A stretch of 64,000 nt of DNA from NCBI GenBank assembly GCA_964016885.1, contig OZ024741.1:245272001-245336000 (forward strand), written 5' to 3'. Below are positions 42,640 through 56,900 of this stretch, in pieces; position 1 is the first letter of the stretch; each line of letters opens with the position of its first letter. The position numbers were made by a program, and so were the translations under genes. The DNA is from Eledone cirrhosa. Its lineage: Eukaryota. The notes under the pieces were generated by a model, which was not told the DNA's origin, ran no database searches, and saw nothing but the letters and a program-made list of their open reading frames with translations.

Positions 42640-44330
42640 TTTTTTTTAATGGGTTTTTTAAATGGATTTTTTTAATGGATTTTTAATGGATTTTTAATGG
42701 ATTTTTAATGGGTTTTTAATGGATTTTTTAAATGGATTTTTTTAATGGATTTTTAATGGATTTTTTAAATTGATTTTTTTTAATGGGTTTTTTTAAATGG
42801 ATTTTTTTAAATGGATTTTTTAAATGGATTTTATAATGGCTTTTTTTAATGGGTTTTTTAAATAGATTTTTTAATGAATTTTTAATGGATTTTTAATGGA
42901 TTTTTAATGGATTTTTAATGGATTTTTTAATGACTTTTTTTAAATGGATTTTTTTAATGGATTTTTAATGGATTTTTTTTAATGGATTTTTTTTAATGGA
43001 TTTTTTTAATGGATTTTTTTTTTTTTTATGGATTTTTTTTAATGGGTTTTTTTAATGGCTTTTTTAAATGGATTTTTTTAATGGATTTTTTTAATGGATT
43101 TTTTAAATGGGTTTTTTAAATGGATTTTTTAATGTATTTTTAATGGATTTTTAATGGATTTTTAATGGTTTTTTAATGGATTTTTAATGGATTTTTTTAA
43201 TGGATTTTTAATGGATTTTTTTAATGGATTTTTTTTAATGGGTTTTTTTAATGGATTTTTTTTAATGAATTTTTTTTAATGGGTTTTTTTTTAATGGATT
43301 TTTTTTAATGGATTTTTTAAATGGATTTTTTTAATGGGTTTTTTTATAGGGTTTTTTTAAATGGATTTTTTTAAATGGATTTTTTAAATGAATTTTTTTA
43401 ATGGATTTTTTTAATGGGTTTTTTAAATGGATTTTTTAATGGATTTTTAATGGATTTTTAATGGGTTTTTAATGGATTTTTTAATGGATTTTTTTAAATG
43501 GATTTTTTTAATGGATTTTTAATGGATTTGTTTTAATGGATTTTTTTAATGGATTTTTTAATGGATTTTTTTATGGATTTTTTTTAATGGATTTTTTTTA
43601 ATGGATTTTTTAAATGGATTTTTTTAATGGATTTTTTTAATGGATTTTTTTTAATGGGTTTTTTAAATGGATTTTTTTTAATGGATTTTTTAAATTAATT
43701 TTTTTAATGGATTTTTTTAATGGGTTTTTTTAAATGGATTTTTTTTAATGGATTTTTTAAATGAATTTTTTTAATGGATTTTTTTAATGGGTTTTTTAAA
43801 TGGATTTTTTAATGGATTTTTAATGGATTTTTAATGGGTTTTTAATGGATTTTTTAATGGATTTTTTTAAATGGATTTTTATAATGGATTTTTAATGGAT
43901 TTTTTTTAATGGATTTTTTTAATGGATTTTTTAATGGATTTTTTTATGGATTTATTTTAATGGATTTTTTTTAATGGATTTTTTAAATTGATTTTTTTAA
44001 TGGATTTTTTTAATGGGTTTTTTTTAATGGATTTTTTTTTAATGGATTTTTTAAATGGATTTTTTAATGTATTTTTAATGGATTTTTAATGGATTTTTAA
44101 TGGGTTTTTAATGGATTTTTTTAAATGGATTTTTTTAATGGATTTTTAATGGATTTTTTTAATGGATTTTTTTTAATGGGTTTTTTTTAATGGATTTTTT
44201 TTTAATGGATTTTTTTTAATGGGTTTTTTTTTTAATGGATTTTTTTTAATGGATTTTTTAAATGGATTTTTTTAATGGATTTTTTTTAATGGGTTTTTTT
44301 AAAAGGATTTTTTTAAATGGATTTTTTTTA
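42640..44330 (+). repeat. Block repeated at about +18,380 bp (partner ~61020-62710)
   Basis: TTATAATGGC...AAATAGAT 42831/61221, ATAGGG 43346/61723, AATGGATTTGTTTT 43530/61907, AAATTAATTT 43692/62070. Confidence 0.85.
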
Positions 44331-47300
44331 ATGGATTTTTTAAATGAATTTTTTTAATGGGTTTTTTTTTTAATGGATTTTTTTAAATGGATTTTTTAAA
44401 TGGATTTTTTTAATGGATTTTTTTAATGGGTTTTTTTAAATGGGTTTTTTTTTAATGGATTTTTTTTTAATGGATTTTTTAAATGGATTTTTTTAATGGA
44501 TTTTTTTTAATGGGTTTTTTAAATGGATTTTTTAATGGATTTTTAATGGATTTTTAATGGATTTTTAATGGGTTTTTAATGGATTTTTTTTAATGGGTTT
44601 TTTTAATGGATTTTTAATGGATTTTTTTAAATTAATTTTTTTTAATGGATTTTTTTTTTAATGGATTTTTATTTAATGGATTTTTTTTTAATGGATTTTT
44701 TTTAATGGGTTTTTTAAATGGATTTTTTAATGGATTTTTAATGGATTTTTAATGGGTTTTTAATGGATTTTTTTAAATGGATTTTTTAATGGATTTTTAA
44801 TGGATTTTTTTAAATTGATTTTTTTAATGGGTTTTTTTTAATGGCTTTTTTTTAATGGGTTTTTTTAATGGCTTTTTTAAATGGATTTTTTTAATGGATT
44901 TTTTCAATGGATTTTTTTTAATGGGTTTTTTAAATGGATTTTTTAATGGATTTTTTTAAATGGATTTTTTTAATGGATTTTTAATGGATTTTTTTAAATT
45001 GATTTTTTTTAATGGATTTTTTTTAATGGATTTTTTTAATGGGTTTTTTTAATGGGTTTTTTAAATGGATTTTTTAATGGATTTTTAATGGATTTTTAAT
45101 GGATTTTTAATGGGTTTTTAATGGATTTTTTAAATGGATTTTTTTAATGGATTTTTTTTAATGGGTTTTTTAAATGGATTTTTTTAATGGATTTTTAATG
45201 TATTTTTAATGGATTTTTAATGGGTTTTTAATGGAATTTTTAAATGGATTTTTTTAATGGATTTTTTAAATTGATTTTTTTTAATGGGTTTTTTTAAATG
45301 GATTTTTTTTAATGGATTTTTTAAATGAATTTTTTAATGGCTTTTTTTAATGGGTTTTTTAAATGGATTTTTTAATGGATTTTTAATGGATTTTTAATGC
45401 ATTTTTAATGGATTTTTAATGGATTTTTTAATGAGTTTTTTAAATGGATTTTTTTAATGGATTTTTAATGGATTTTTTTCTATGGATTTTTTTAATGGAT
45501 TTTTTTTAATGGATTTTTTTTTTAATGGATTTTTTTTTAATGGGTTTTTTTAATGGCTTTTTTAAATGGATTTTTTTAATGGATTTTTTTAATGGATTTT
45601 TTTAATGGATTTTTTTAATGGTTTTTTTAAATGGATTTTTTAATGGATTTTTAATGGATTTTTAATGGATTTTTAATGGGTTTTTAATGGATTTTTTTAA
45701 ATGGATTTTTTTAATGGATTTTTAATGGATTTTTTTAATGGATTTTTTTTAATGGTTTCTTTTAATGGATTTTTTTTTAATGGATTTTTTTTAATGGGTT
45801 TTTTTTAATGGATTTTTTTTAATGGAATTTTTAAATGGATTTTTTTAATGGATTTTTTTTAATGGGTTTTTTTAAATGGATTTTTTTTAATGGATTTTTT
45901 AAATGAATTTTTTTAATGGATTTTTTTAATGGGTTTTTTAAATGGATTTTTTAATGGATTTTTAATGGATTATTAATGGGTTTTTAATGGATTTTTTAAT
46001 GGATTTTTTTAAATGAATTTTTTTAATGGATTTTTAATGGATTTTTTTTAATGGATTTTTTTAATGGATTTTTTAATGGATTTTTTTATGGATTTTTTTT
46101 AATGGATTTTTTTTAATGGATTTTTTAAATGGATTTTTTTAATGGATTTTTTTAATGGGTTTTTTTAATGGATTTCTTTTTAATGGATTTATTAAATGGA
46201 TTTTTTTAATGGATTTTTTTAATGGGTTTTTTAAATGGATTTTTTAATGTATTTTTAATGGATTTTTAATGGATTTTTAATGGGTTTTTAATGGATTTTT
46301 TTAAATGGATTTTTTTAATGGATTTATAATGGATTTTTTTAATGGATTTTTTTTAATGGGTTTTTTTTAATGGATTTTTTTTTAATGGATTTTTTTTAAT
46401 GGGTTTTTTTTTTAATGGATTTTTTTTAATGGATTTTTTAAATGGATTTTTTTAATGGATTTTTTTTAATGGGTTTTTTTAAATGGATTTTTTTAAATGG
46501 ATTTTTTTTAATGGATTTTTTAAATGAATTTTTTTAATGGATTTTTTTAATGGGTTTTTTAAATGGATTTTTTAATGGATTTTTAATGGATTTTTAATGG
46601 GTTTTTAATGGATTTTTTAATGGATTTTTTTAAATGGATTTTTTTAATGGATTTTTAATGGATTTTTTTTAATGGATTTTTTAATGGATTTTTTTATGGA
46701 TTTTTTTTAATGGATTTTTTTTAATGGATTTTTTAAATGGATTTTTTTAATGGATTTTTTTAATGGGTTTTTTTTAATGGATTTTTTTTTAATGGATTTT
46801 TTAAATGGATTTGTTTTAATGGATTTTTTTTAATGGATTTTTTTTAATGGGTTTTTTAAATGGATTTTTAATGGATTTTTAATGGATTTTTAATGGATTT
46901 TTAATGGGTTTTTAATGGATTTTTTTAAATGGATTTTTTTAATGGATTTTTAATGGATTTTTTTAAATTGATTTTTTTTAATGGATTTTTTTTTAATGGA
47001 TTTTTTTTTAATGGATTTTTTTTTAATGGTTTTTTTTAATGGGTTTTTTTAATGGATTTTTTAATGGATTTTTAATGGATTTTTAATGGGTTTTTAATGG
47101 ATTTTTTTATGGATTTATTTTAATGGATTTTTTTTAATGGATTTTTTAAATTGATTTTTTTAATGGATTTTTTTAATGGGTTTTTTTTAATGGATTTTTT
47201 TTTAATGGATTTTTTAAATGGATTTTTTAATGTATTTTTAATGGATTTTTAATGGATTTTTAATGGGTTTTTAATGGATTTTTTTAAATGGATTTTTTTA

Positions 47301-50300
47301 ATGGATTTTTAATGGATTTTTTTAATGGATTTTTTTTAATGGGTTTTTTTTAATAGATTTTTTTTTAATGGATTTTTTTTAATGGGTTTTTTTTTTAATG
47401 GATTTTTTTTAATGGATTTTTTAAATGGATTTTTTTAATGGATTTTTTTTAATGGGTTTTTTTAAAAGGATTTTTTTAAATGGATTTTTTTTAATGGATT
47501 TTTTAAATGAATTTTTTTAATGGGTTTTTTTTTTAATGGATTTTTTTAAATGGATTTTTTAAATGGATTTTTTTAATGGATTTTTTTAATGGGTTTTTTT
47601 AAATGGATTTTTTTAAATGGATTTTTTTTAATGGATTTTTTAAATGAATTTTTTTAATGGATTTTTTTAATGGGTTTTTTAAATGGATTTTTTAATGGAT
47701 TTTTAATGGATTTTTAATGGGTTTTTAATGGATTTTTTAATGGATTTTTTGAAATGGATTTTTTTAATGGATTTTTAATGGATTTTTTTTAATGGATTTT
47801 TTTAATGGATTTTTTAATGGATTTTTTTATGGATTTTTTTTAATGGATTTTTTTTAATGGATTTTTTAAATGGATTTTTTTAATGGATTTTTTTAATGGG
47901 TTTTTTTTTAATGGATTTTTTTTTAATGGATTTTTTAAATGGATTTTTTTAATGGATTTTTTTAAATGGGTTTTTTAAATGGATTTTTTAATGGATTTTT
48001 AATGGATTTTTAATGGATTTTTAATGGGTTTTTAATGGATTTTTTTTAATGGGTTTTTTTAATGGATTTTTAATGGATTTTTTTAAATTGATTTTTTTTA
48101 ATGGATTTTTTTTTTAATGGATTTTTATTTAATGGATTTTTTTTTAATGGATTTTTTTTAATGGGTTTTTTAAATGGATTTTTTAATGGATTTTTAATGG
48201 ATTTTTAATGGGTTTTTAATGGATTTTTTTAAATGGATTTTTTAATGGATTTTTAATGGATTTTTTTAAATTGATTTTTTTAATGGGTTTTTTTTAATGG
48301 CTTTTTTTTAATGGGTTTTTTTAATGGCTTTTTTAAATGGATTTTTTTAATGGATTTTTTCAATGGATTTTTTTTAATGGGTTTTTTAAATGGATTTTTT
48401 AATGGATTTTTTTAAATGGATTTTTTTAATGGATTTTTAATGGATTTTTTTAAATTGATTTTTTTTAATGGATTTTTTTTAATGGATTTTTTTAATGGGT
48501 TTTTTTAATGGGTTTTTTAAATGGATTTTTTAATGGATTTTTAATGGATTTTTAATGGATTTTTAATGGGTTTTTAATGGATTTTTTAAATGGATTTTTT
48601 TAATGGATTTTTTTTAATGGGTTTTTTAAATGGATTTTTTTAATGGATTTTTAATGTATTTTTAATGGATTTTTAATGGGTTTTTAATGGAATTTTTAAA
48701 TGGATTTTTTTAATGGATTTTTTAAATTGATTTTTTTTAATGGGTTTTTTTAAATGGATTTTTTTTAATGGATTTTTTAAATGGATTTTTTAATGGCTTT
48801 TTTTAATGGGTTTTTTAAATGGATTTTTTAATGGATTTTTAATGGATTTTTAATGCATTTTTAATGGATTTTTAATGGATTTTTTAATGAGTTTTTTAAA
48901 TGGATTTTTTTAATGGATTTTTAATGGATTTTTTTCTATGGATTTTTTTAATGGATTTTTTTTAATGGATTTTTTTTTTAATGGATTTTTTTTTAATGGG
49001 TTTTTTTAATGGCTTTTTTAAATGGATTTTTTTAATGGATTTTTTTAATGGATTTTTTTAATGGATTTTTTTAATGGTTTTTTTAAATGGATTTTTTAAT
49101 GGATTTTTAATGGATTTTTAATGGATTTTTAATGGGTTTTTAATGGATTTTTTTAAATGGATTTTTTTAATGGATTTTTAATGGATTTTTTTAATGGATT
49201 TTTTTTAATGGTTTCTTTTAATGGATTTTTTTTTAATGGATTTTTTTTAATGGGTTTTTTTTAATGGATTTTTTTTAATGGAATTTTTAAATGGATTTTT
49301 TTAATGGATTTTTTTTAATGGGTTTTTTTAAATGGATTTTTTTTAATGGATTTTTTAAATGAATTTTTTTAATGGATTTTTTTAATGGGTTTTTTAAATG
49401 GATTTTTTAATGGATTTTTAATGGATTATTAATGGGTTTTTAATGGATTTTTTAATGGATTTTTTTAAATGAATTTTTTTAATGGATTTTTAATGGATTT
49501 TTTTTAATGGATTTTTTTAATGGATTTTTTAATGGATTTTTTTATGGATTTTTTTTAATGGATTTTTTTTAATGGATTTTTTAAATGGATTTTTTTAATG
49601 GATTTTTTTAATGGGTTTTTTTAATGGATTTCTTTTTAATGGATTTATTAAATGGATTTTTTTAATGGATTTTTTTAATGGGTTTTTTAAATGGATTTTT
49701 TAATGTATTTTTAATGGATTTTTAATGGATTTTTAATGGGTTTTTAATGGATTTTTTTAAATGGATTTTTTTAATGGATTTATAATGGATTTTTTTAATG
49801 GATTTTTTTTAATGGGTTTTTTTTAATGGATTTTTTTTTAATGGATTTTTTTAATGGGTTTTTTTTTTAATGGATTTTTTTTAATGGATTTTTTAAATGG
49901 ATTTTTTTAATGGATTTTTTTTAATGGGTTTTTTTAAATGGATTTTTTTAAATGGATTTTTTTTAATGGATTTTTTAAATGAATTTTTTTAATGGATTTT
50001 TTTAATGGGTTTTTTAAATGGATTTTTTAATGGATTTTTAATGGATTTTTAATGGGTTTTTAATGGATTTTTTAATGGATTTTTTTAAATGGATTTTTTT
50101 AATGGATTTTTAATGGATTTTTTTTAATGGATTTTTTAATGGATTTTTTTATGGATTTTTTTTAATGGATTTTTTTTAATGGATTTTTTAAATGGATTTT
50201 TTTAATGGATTTTTTTAATGGGTTTTTTTTAATGGATTTTTTTTTAATGGATTTTTTAAATGGATTTGTTTTAATGGATTTTTTTTAATGGATTTTTTTT

Positions 50301-53300
50301 AATGGGTTTTTTAAATGGATTTTTAATGGATTTTTAATGGATTTTTAATGGATTTTTAATGGGTTTTTAATGGATTTTTTTAAATGGATTTTTTTAATGG
50401 ATTTTTAATGGATTTTTTTAAATTGATTTTTTTTAATGGATTTTTTTTTAATGGATTTTTTTTTAATGGATTTTTTTTTAATGGTTTTTTTTAATGGGTT
50501 TTTTTAATGGATTTTTTAATGGATTTTTAATGGATTTTTAATGGGTTTTTAATGGATTTTTTTATGGATTTATTTTAATGGATTTTTTTTAATGGATTTT
50601 TTAAATTGATTTTTTTAATGGATTTTTTTAATGGGTTTTTTTTAATGGATTTTTTTTTAATGGATTTTTTAAATGGATTTTTTAATGTATTTTTAATGGA
50701 TTTTTAATGGATTTTTAATGGGTTTTTAATGGATTTTTTTAAATGGATTTTTTTAATGGATTTTTAATGGATTTTTTTAATGGATTTTTTTTAATGGGTT
50801 TTTTTTAATAGATTTTTTTTTAATGGATTTTTTTTAATGGGTTTTTTTTTTAATGGATTTTTTTTAATGGATTTTTTAAATGGATTTTTTTAATGGATTT
50901 TTTTTAATGGGTTTTTTTAAAAGGATTTTTTTAAATGGATTTTTTTTAATGGATTTTTTAAATGAATTTTTTTAATGGGTTTTTTTTTTAATGGATTTTT
51001 TTAAATGGATTTTTTAAATGGATTTTTTTAATGGATTTTTTTAATGGGTTTTTTTAAATGGATTTTTTTAAATGGATTTTTTTTAATGGATTTTTTAAAT
51101 GAATTTTTTTAATGGATTTTTTTAATGGGTTTTTTAAATGGATTTTTTAATGGATTTTTAATGGATTTTTAATGGGTTTTTAATGGATTTTTTGAAATGG
51201 ATTTTTTTAATGGATTTTTAATGGATTTTTTTTAATGGATTTTTTTAATGGATTTTTTAATGGATTTTTTTATGGATTTTTTTTAATGGATTTTTTTTAA
51301 TGGATTTTTTAAATGGATTTTTTTAATGGATTTTTTTAATGGGTTTTTTTTTAATGGATTTTTTTTTAATGGATTTTTTAAATGGATTTTTTTAATGGAT
51401 TTTTTTAAATGGGTTTTTTAAATGGATTTTTTAATGGATTTTTAATGGATTTTTAATGGATTTTTAATGGGTTTTTAATGGATTTTTTTTAATGGGTTTT
51501 TTTAATGGATTTTTAATGGATTTTTTTAAATTGATTTTTTTTAATGGATTTTTTTTTTAATGGATTTTTATTTAATGGATTTTTTTTTAATGGATTTTTT
51601 TTAATGGGTTTTTTAAATGGATTTTTTAATGGATTTTTAATGGATTTTTAATGGGTTTTTAATGGATTTTTTTAAATGGATTTTTTAATGGATTTTTAAT
51701 GGATTTTTTTAAATTGATTTTTTTAATGGGTTTTTTTTAATGGCTTTTTTTTAATGGGTTTTTTTAATGGCTTTTTTAAATGGATTTTTTTAATGGATTT
51801 TTTCAATGGATTTTTTTTAATGGGTTTTTTAAATGGATTTTTTAATGGATTTTTTTAAATGGATTTTTTTAATGGATTTTTAATGGATTTTTTTAAATTG
51901 ATTTTTTTTAATGGATTTTTTTTAATGGATTTTTTTAATGGGTTTTTTTAATGGGTTTTTTAAATGGATTTTTTAATGGATTTTTAATGGATTTTTAATG
52001 GATTTTTAATGGGTTTTTAATGGATTTTTTAAATGGATTTTTTTAATGGATTTTTTTTAATGGGTTTTTTAAATGGATTTTTTTAATGGATTTTTAATGT
52101 ATTTTTAATGGATTTTTAATGGGTTTTTAATGGAATTTTTAAATGGATTTTTTTAATGGATTTTTTAAATTGATTTTTTTTAATGGGTTTTTTTAAATGG
52201 ATTTTTTTTAATGGATTTTTTAAATGGATTTTTTAATGGCTTTTTTTAATGGGTTTTTTAAATGGATTTTTTAATGGATTTTTAATGGATTTTTAATGCA
52301 TTTTTAATGGATTTTTAATGGATTTTTTAATGAGTTTTTTAAATGGATTTTTTTAATGGATTTTTAATGGATTTTTTTCTATGGATTTTTTTAATGGATT
52401 TTTTTTAATGGATTTTTTTTTTAATGGATTTTTTTTAATGGGTTTTTTTAATGGCTTTTTTAAATGGATTTTTTTAATGGATTTTTTTAATGGATTTTTT
52501 TAATGGATTTTTTTAATGGTTTTTTTAAATGGATTTTTTAATGGATTTTTAATGGATTTTTAATGGATTTTTAATGGGTTTTTAATGGATTTTTTTAAAT
52601 GGATTTTTTTAATGGATTTTTAATGGATTTTTTTAATGGATTTTTTTTAATGGTTTCTTTTAATGGATTTTTTTTTAATGGATTTTTTTTAATGGGTTTT
52701 TTTTAATGGATTTTTTTTAATGGAATTTTTAAATGGATTTTTTTAATGGATTTTTTTTAATGGGTTTTTTTAAATGGATTTTTTTTAATGGATTTTTTAA
52801 ATGAATTTTTTTAATGGATTTTTTTTATGGGTTTTTTAAATGGATTTTTTAATGGATTTTTAATGGATTATTAATGGGTTTTTAATGGATTTTTTAATGG
52901 ATTTTTTTAAATGAATTTTTTTAATGGATTTTTAATGGATTTTTTTTAATGGATTTTTTTAATGGATTTTTTAATGGATTTTTTTATGGATTTTTTTTAA
53001 TGGATTTTTTTTAATGGATTTTTTAAATGGATTTTTTTAATGGATTTTTTTAATGGGTTTTTTTAATGGATTTCTTTTTAATGGATTTATTAAATGGATT
53101 TTTTTAATGGATTTTTTTAATGGGTTTTTTAAATGGATTTTTTAATGTATTTTTAATGGATTTTTAATGGATTTTTAATGGGTTTTTAATGGATTTTTTT
53201 AAATGGATTTTTTTAATGGATTTATAATGGATTTTTTTAATGGATTTTTTTTAATGGGTTTTTTTTAATGGATTTTTTTTTTAATGGATTTTTTTTAATG

Positions 53301-53990
53301 GGTTTTTTTTTTAATGGATTTTTTTTAATGGATTTTTTAAATGGATTTTTTTAATGGATTTTTTTTAATGGGTTTTTTTAAATGGATTTTTTTAAATGGA
53401 TTTTTTTTAATGGATTTTTTAAATGAATTTTTTTAATGGATTTTTTTAATGGGTTTTTTAAATGGATTTTTTAATGGATTTTTAATGGATTTTTAATGGG
53501 TTTTTAATGGATTTTTTAATGGATTTTTTTAAATGGATTTTTTTAATGGATTTTTAATGGATTTTTTTTAATGGATTTTTTAATGGATTTTTTTATGGAT
53601 TTTTTTTAATGGATTTTTTTTAATGGATTTTTTAAATGGATTTTTTTAATGGATTTTTTTAATGGGTTTTTTTTAATGGATTTTTTTTTAATGGATTTTT
53701 TAAATGGATTTGTTTTAATGGATTTTTTTTAATGGGTTTTTTAAATGGATTTTTAATGGATTTTTAATGGATTTTTAATGGATTTTTAATGGGTTTTTAA
53801 TGGATTTTTTTAAATGGATTTTTTTAATGGATTTTTAATGGATTTTTTTAAATTGATTTTTTTTAATGGATTTTTTTTTAATGGATTTTTTTTTAATGGA
53901 TTTTTTTTTAATGGTTTTTTTTAATGGGTTTTTTTAATGGATTTTTTAATGGATTTTTAATGGATTTTTAATGGGTTTTTAATGGATTTT
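43930..53990 (+). repeat. About three tandem copies of a ~3.45 kb higher-order unit
   Basis: Offsets +3456 then +3443 for TTCAATGG (44905, 48361, 51804), GGAATTT (45235, 48691, 52134), ATGCAT (45397, 48853, 52296) and AATGAG (45435, 48891, 52334). Confidence 0.88.
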
Positions 53991-56900
53991 TTTAAATGGA
54001 TTTTTTTAATGGATTTTTAATGGATTTTTTTAAATTGATTTTTTTAATGGGTTTTTTTAATGGCTTTTTTTAATGGGTTTTTTTAATGGCTTTTTTAAAT
54101 GGATTTTTTTAATGGATTTTTTTAATGGATTTTTTTAATGGGTTTTTTAAATGGATTTTTTAATGGATTTTTTTAAATGGATTTTTTTAATGGATTTTTA
54201 ATGGATTTTTTTAAATTGATTTTTTTTAATGGATTTTTTTTAATGGATTTTTTTTTTAATGGATTTTTTTAATGGGTTTTTTAAATGGATTTTTTAATGG
54301 ATTTTTAATGGATTTTTAATGGATTTTTAATGGGTTTTTAATGGATTTTTAAATGGATTTTTTTAATGGATTTTTTTTAATGGGTTTTTTAAATGGATTT
54401 TTTTAATGGATTTTTAATGGATTTTTAATGGATTTTTAATGGGTTTTTAATGGATTTTTTAAATGGATTTTTTTATTGGATTTTTAATGGATTTTTTAAA
54501 TTGATTTTTTTTAATGGGTATTTTTAAATGGATTTTTTTTAATGGATTTTTTAAATGGATTTTTTAATGGCTTTTTTAAATGGGTTTTTTAAATGGATTT
54601 TTTAATGGATTTTTAATGGATTTTTAATGGATTTTTAATGGATTTTTAATAGATTTTTTAATGACTTTTTTAAATGGATTTTTTTAATGGATTTTTAATG
54701 GATTTTTTTTAATGGATTTTTTTTAATGGATTTTTTTTAATGGATTTTTTTTTTTTAATGGATTTTTTTTTAATGGGTTTTTTTAATGGCTTTTTTAAAT
54801 GGATTTTTTTAATGGATTTTTTTAATGGGTTTTTTAAATGGATTTTTTAATGGATTTTTAATGGATTTTTAATGGATTTTTAATGGGTTTTTAATGGATT
54901 TTTTTTAAATGGATTTTTTTAATGGATTTTTAATGGATTTTTTTAATGGATTTTTTTTAATGAGTTTTTTTTAATGGATTTTTTTTTAATGGATTTTTTT
55001 TAATGGGTTTTTTAATGGATTTTTTTAATGGATTTTTTAAATGGATTTTTTTAATGGATTTTTTTTAATGGGTTTTTTTAAATGGATTTTTTTTAATGGA
55101 TTTTTTAAATGAATTTTTTTAATGGATTTTTTTAATCGGTTTTTTAAATGGATTTTTTAATGGATTTTTAATGGATTTTAATGGGTTTTTAATGGATTTT
55201 TTAATGGATTTTTTTAAATGGATTTTTTTAATGGATTTTTAATGGATTTTTTTTAATGGATTTTTTTAATGGATTTTTTAATGGATTTTTTTATGGATTT
55301 TTTTTAATGGATTTTTTTTAATGGATTTTTTAAATGGATTTTTTTAATGGATTTTTTTAATGGGTTTTTTTTAATGGATTTTTTTTTAATGGATTTTTTA
55401 AATGAATTTTTTTAATGGATTTTTTTAATGGGTTTTTTAAATGGATTTTTTTATGGATTTTTAATGGATTTTTAATGGGTTTTTAATGGATTTTTTAATG
55501 GATTTTTTTAAATGGATTTTTATAATGGATTTTTAATGGATTTTTTTTAATGGATTTTTTTAATGGATTTTTTAATGGATTTTTTTATGGATTTATTTTA
55601 ATGGATTTTTTTTAATGGATTTTTTAAATTGATTTTTTTAATGGATTTTTTTAATGGGTTTTTTTTAATGGATTTTTTTTTAATGGATTTTTTAAATGGA
55701 TTTTTTAATGTATTTTTAATGGATTTTTAATGGATTTTTAATGGGTTTTTAATGGATTTTTTTAAATGGATTTTTTTAATGGATTTTTAATGGATTTTTT
55801 TAATGGATTTTTTTTAATGGGTTTTTTTTAATGGATTTTTTTTTAATGGATTTTTTTTAATGGGTTTTTTTTTTAATGGATTTTTTTTAATGGATTTTTT
55901 AAATGGATTTTTTTTAATGGATTTTTTTTAATGGGTTTTTTTAAATGGATTTTTTTAAATGGATTTTTTTTAATGGATTTTTTAAATGAATTTTTTTAAT
56001 GGGTTTTTTTTTTAATGGATTTTTTTAAATGGATTTTTTAAATGGATTTTTTTAATGGATTTTTTTAATGGGTTTTTTTAAATGGATTTTTTTAAATGGA
56101 TTTTTTTTAATGGATTTTTTAAATGAATTTTTTTAATGGATTTTTTTAATGGGTTTTTTAAATGGATTTTTTAATGGATTTTTAATGGATTTTTAATGGG
56201 TTTTTAATGGATTTTTTAATGGATTTTTTGAAATGGATTTTTTTAATGGATTTTTAATGGATTTTTTTTAATGGATTTTTTTAATGGATTTTTTAATGGA
56301 TTTTTTTATGGATTTTTTTTAATGGATTTTTTTTAATGGATTTTTTAAATGGATTTTTTTAATGGATTTTTTTAATGGGTTTTTTTTTAATGGATTTTTT
56401 TTTAATGGATTTTTTAAATGGATTTTTTTAATGGATTTTTTTTAATGGGTTTTTTAAATGGATTTTTTAATGGATTTTTAATGGATTTTTAATGGATTTT
56501 TAATGGGTTTTTAATGGATTTTTTTTAATGGGTTTTTTTAATGGATTTTTAATGGATTTTTTTAAATTGATTTTTTTTAATGGATTTTTTTTTTTATGGA
56601 TTTTTATTTAATGGATTTTTTTTTAATGGATTTTTTTTAATGGGTTTTTTAAATGGATTTTTTAATGGATTTTTAATGGATTTTTAATGGGTTTTTAATG
56701 GATTTTTTTAAATGGATTTTTTAATGGATTTTTAATGGATTTTTTTAAATTGATTTTTTTAATGGGTTTTTTTTAATGGCTTTTTTTTAATGGGTTTTTT
56801 AATGGCTTTTTTAAATGGATTTTTTTAATGGATTTTTTCAATGGATTTTTTTTAATGGGTTTTTTAAATGGATTTTTTAATGGATTTTTTTAAATGGATT

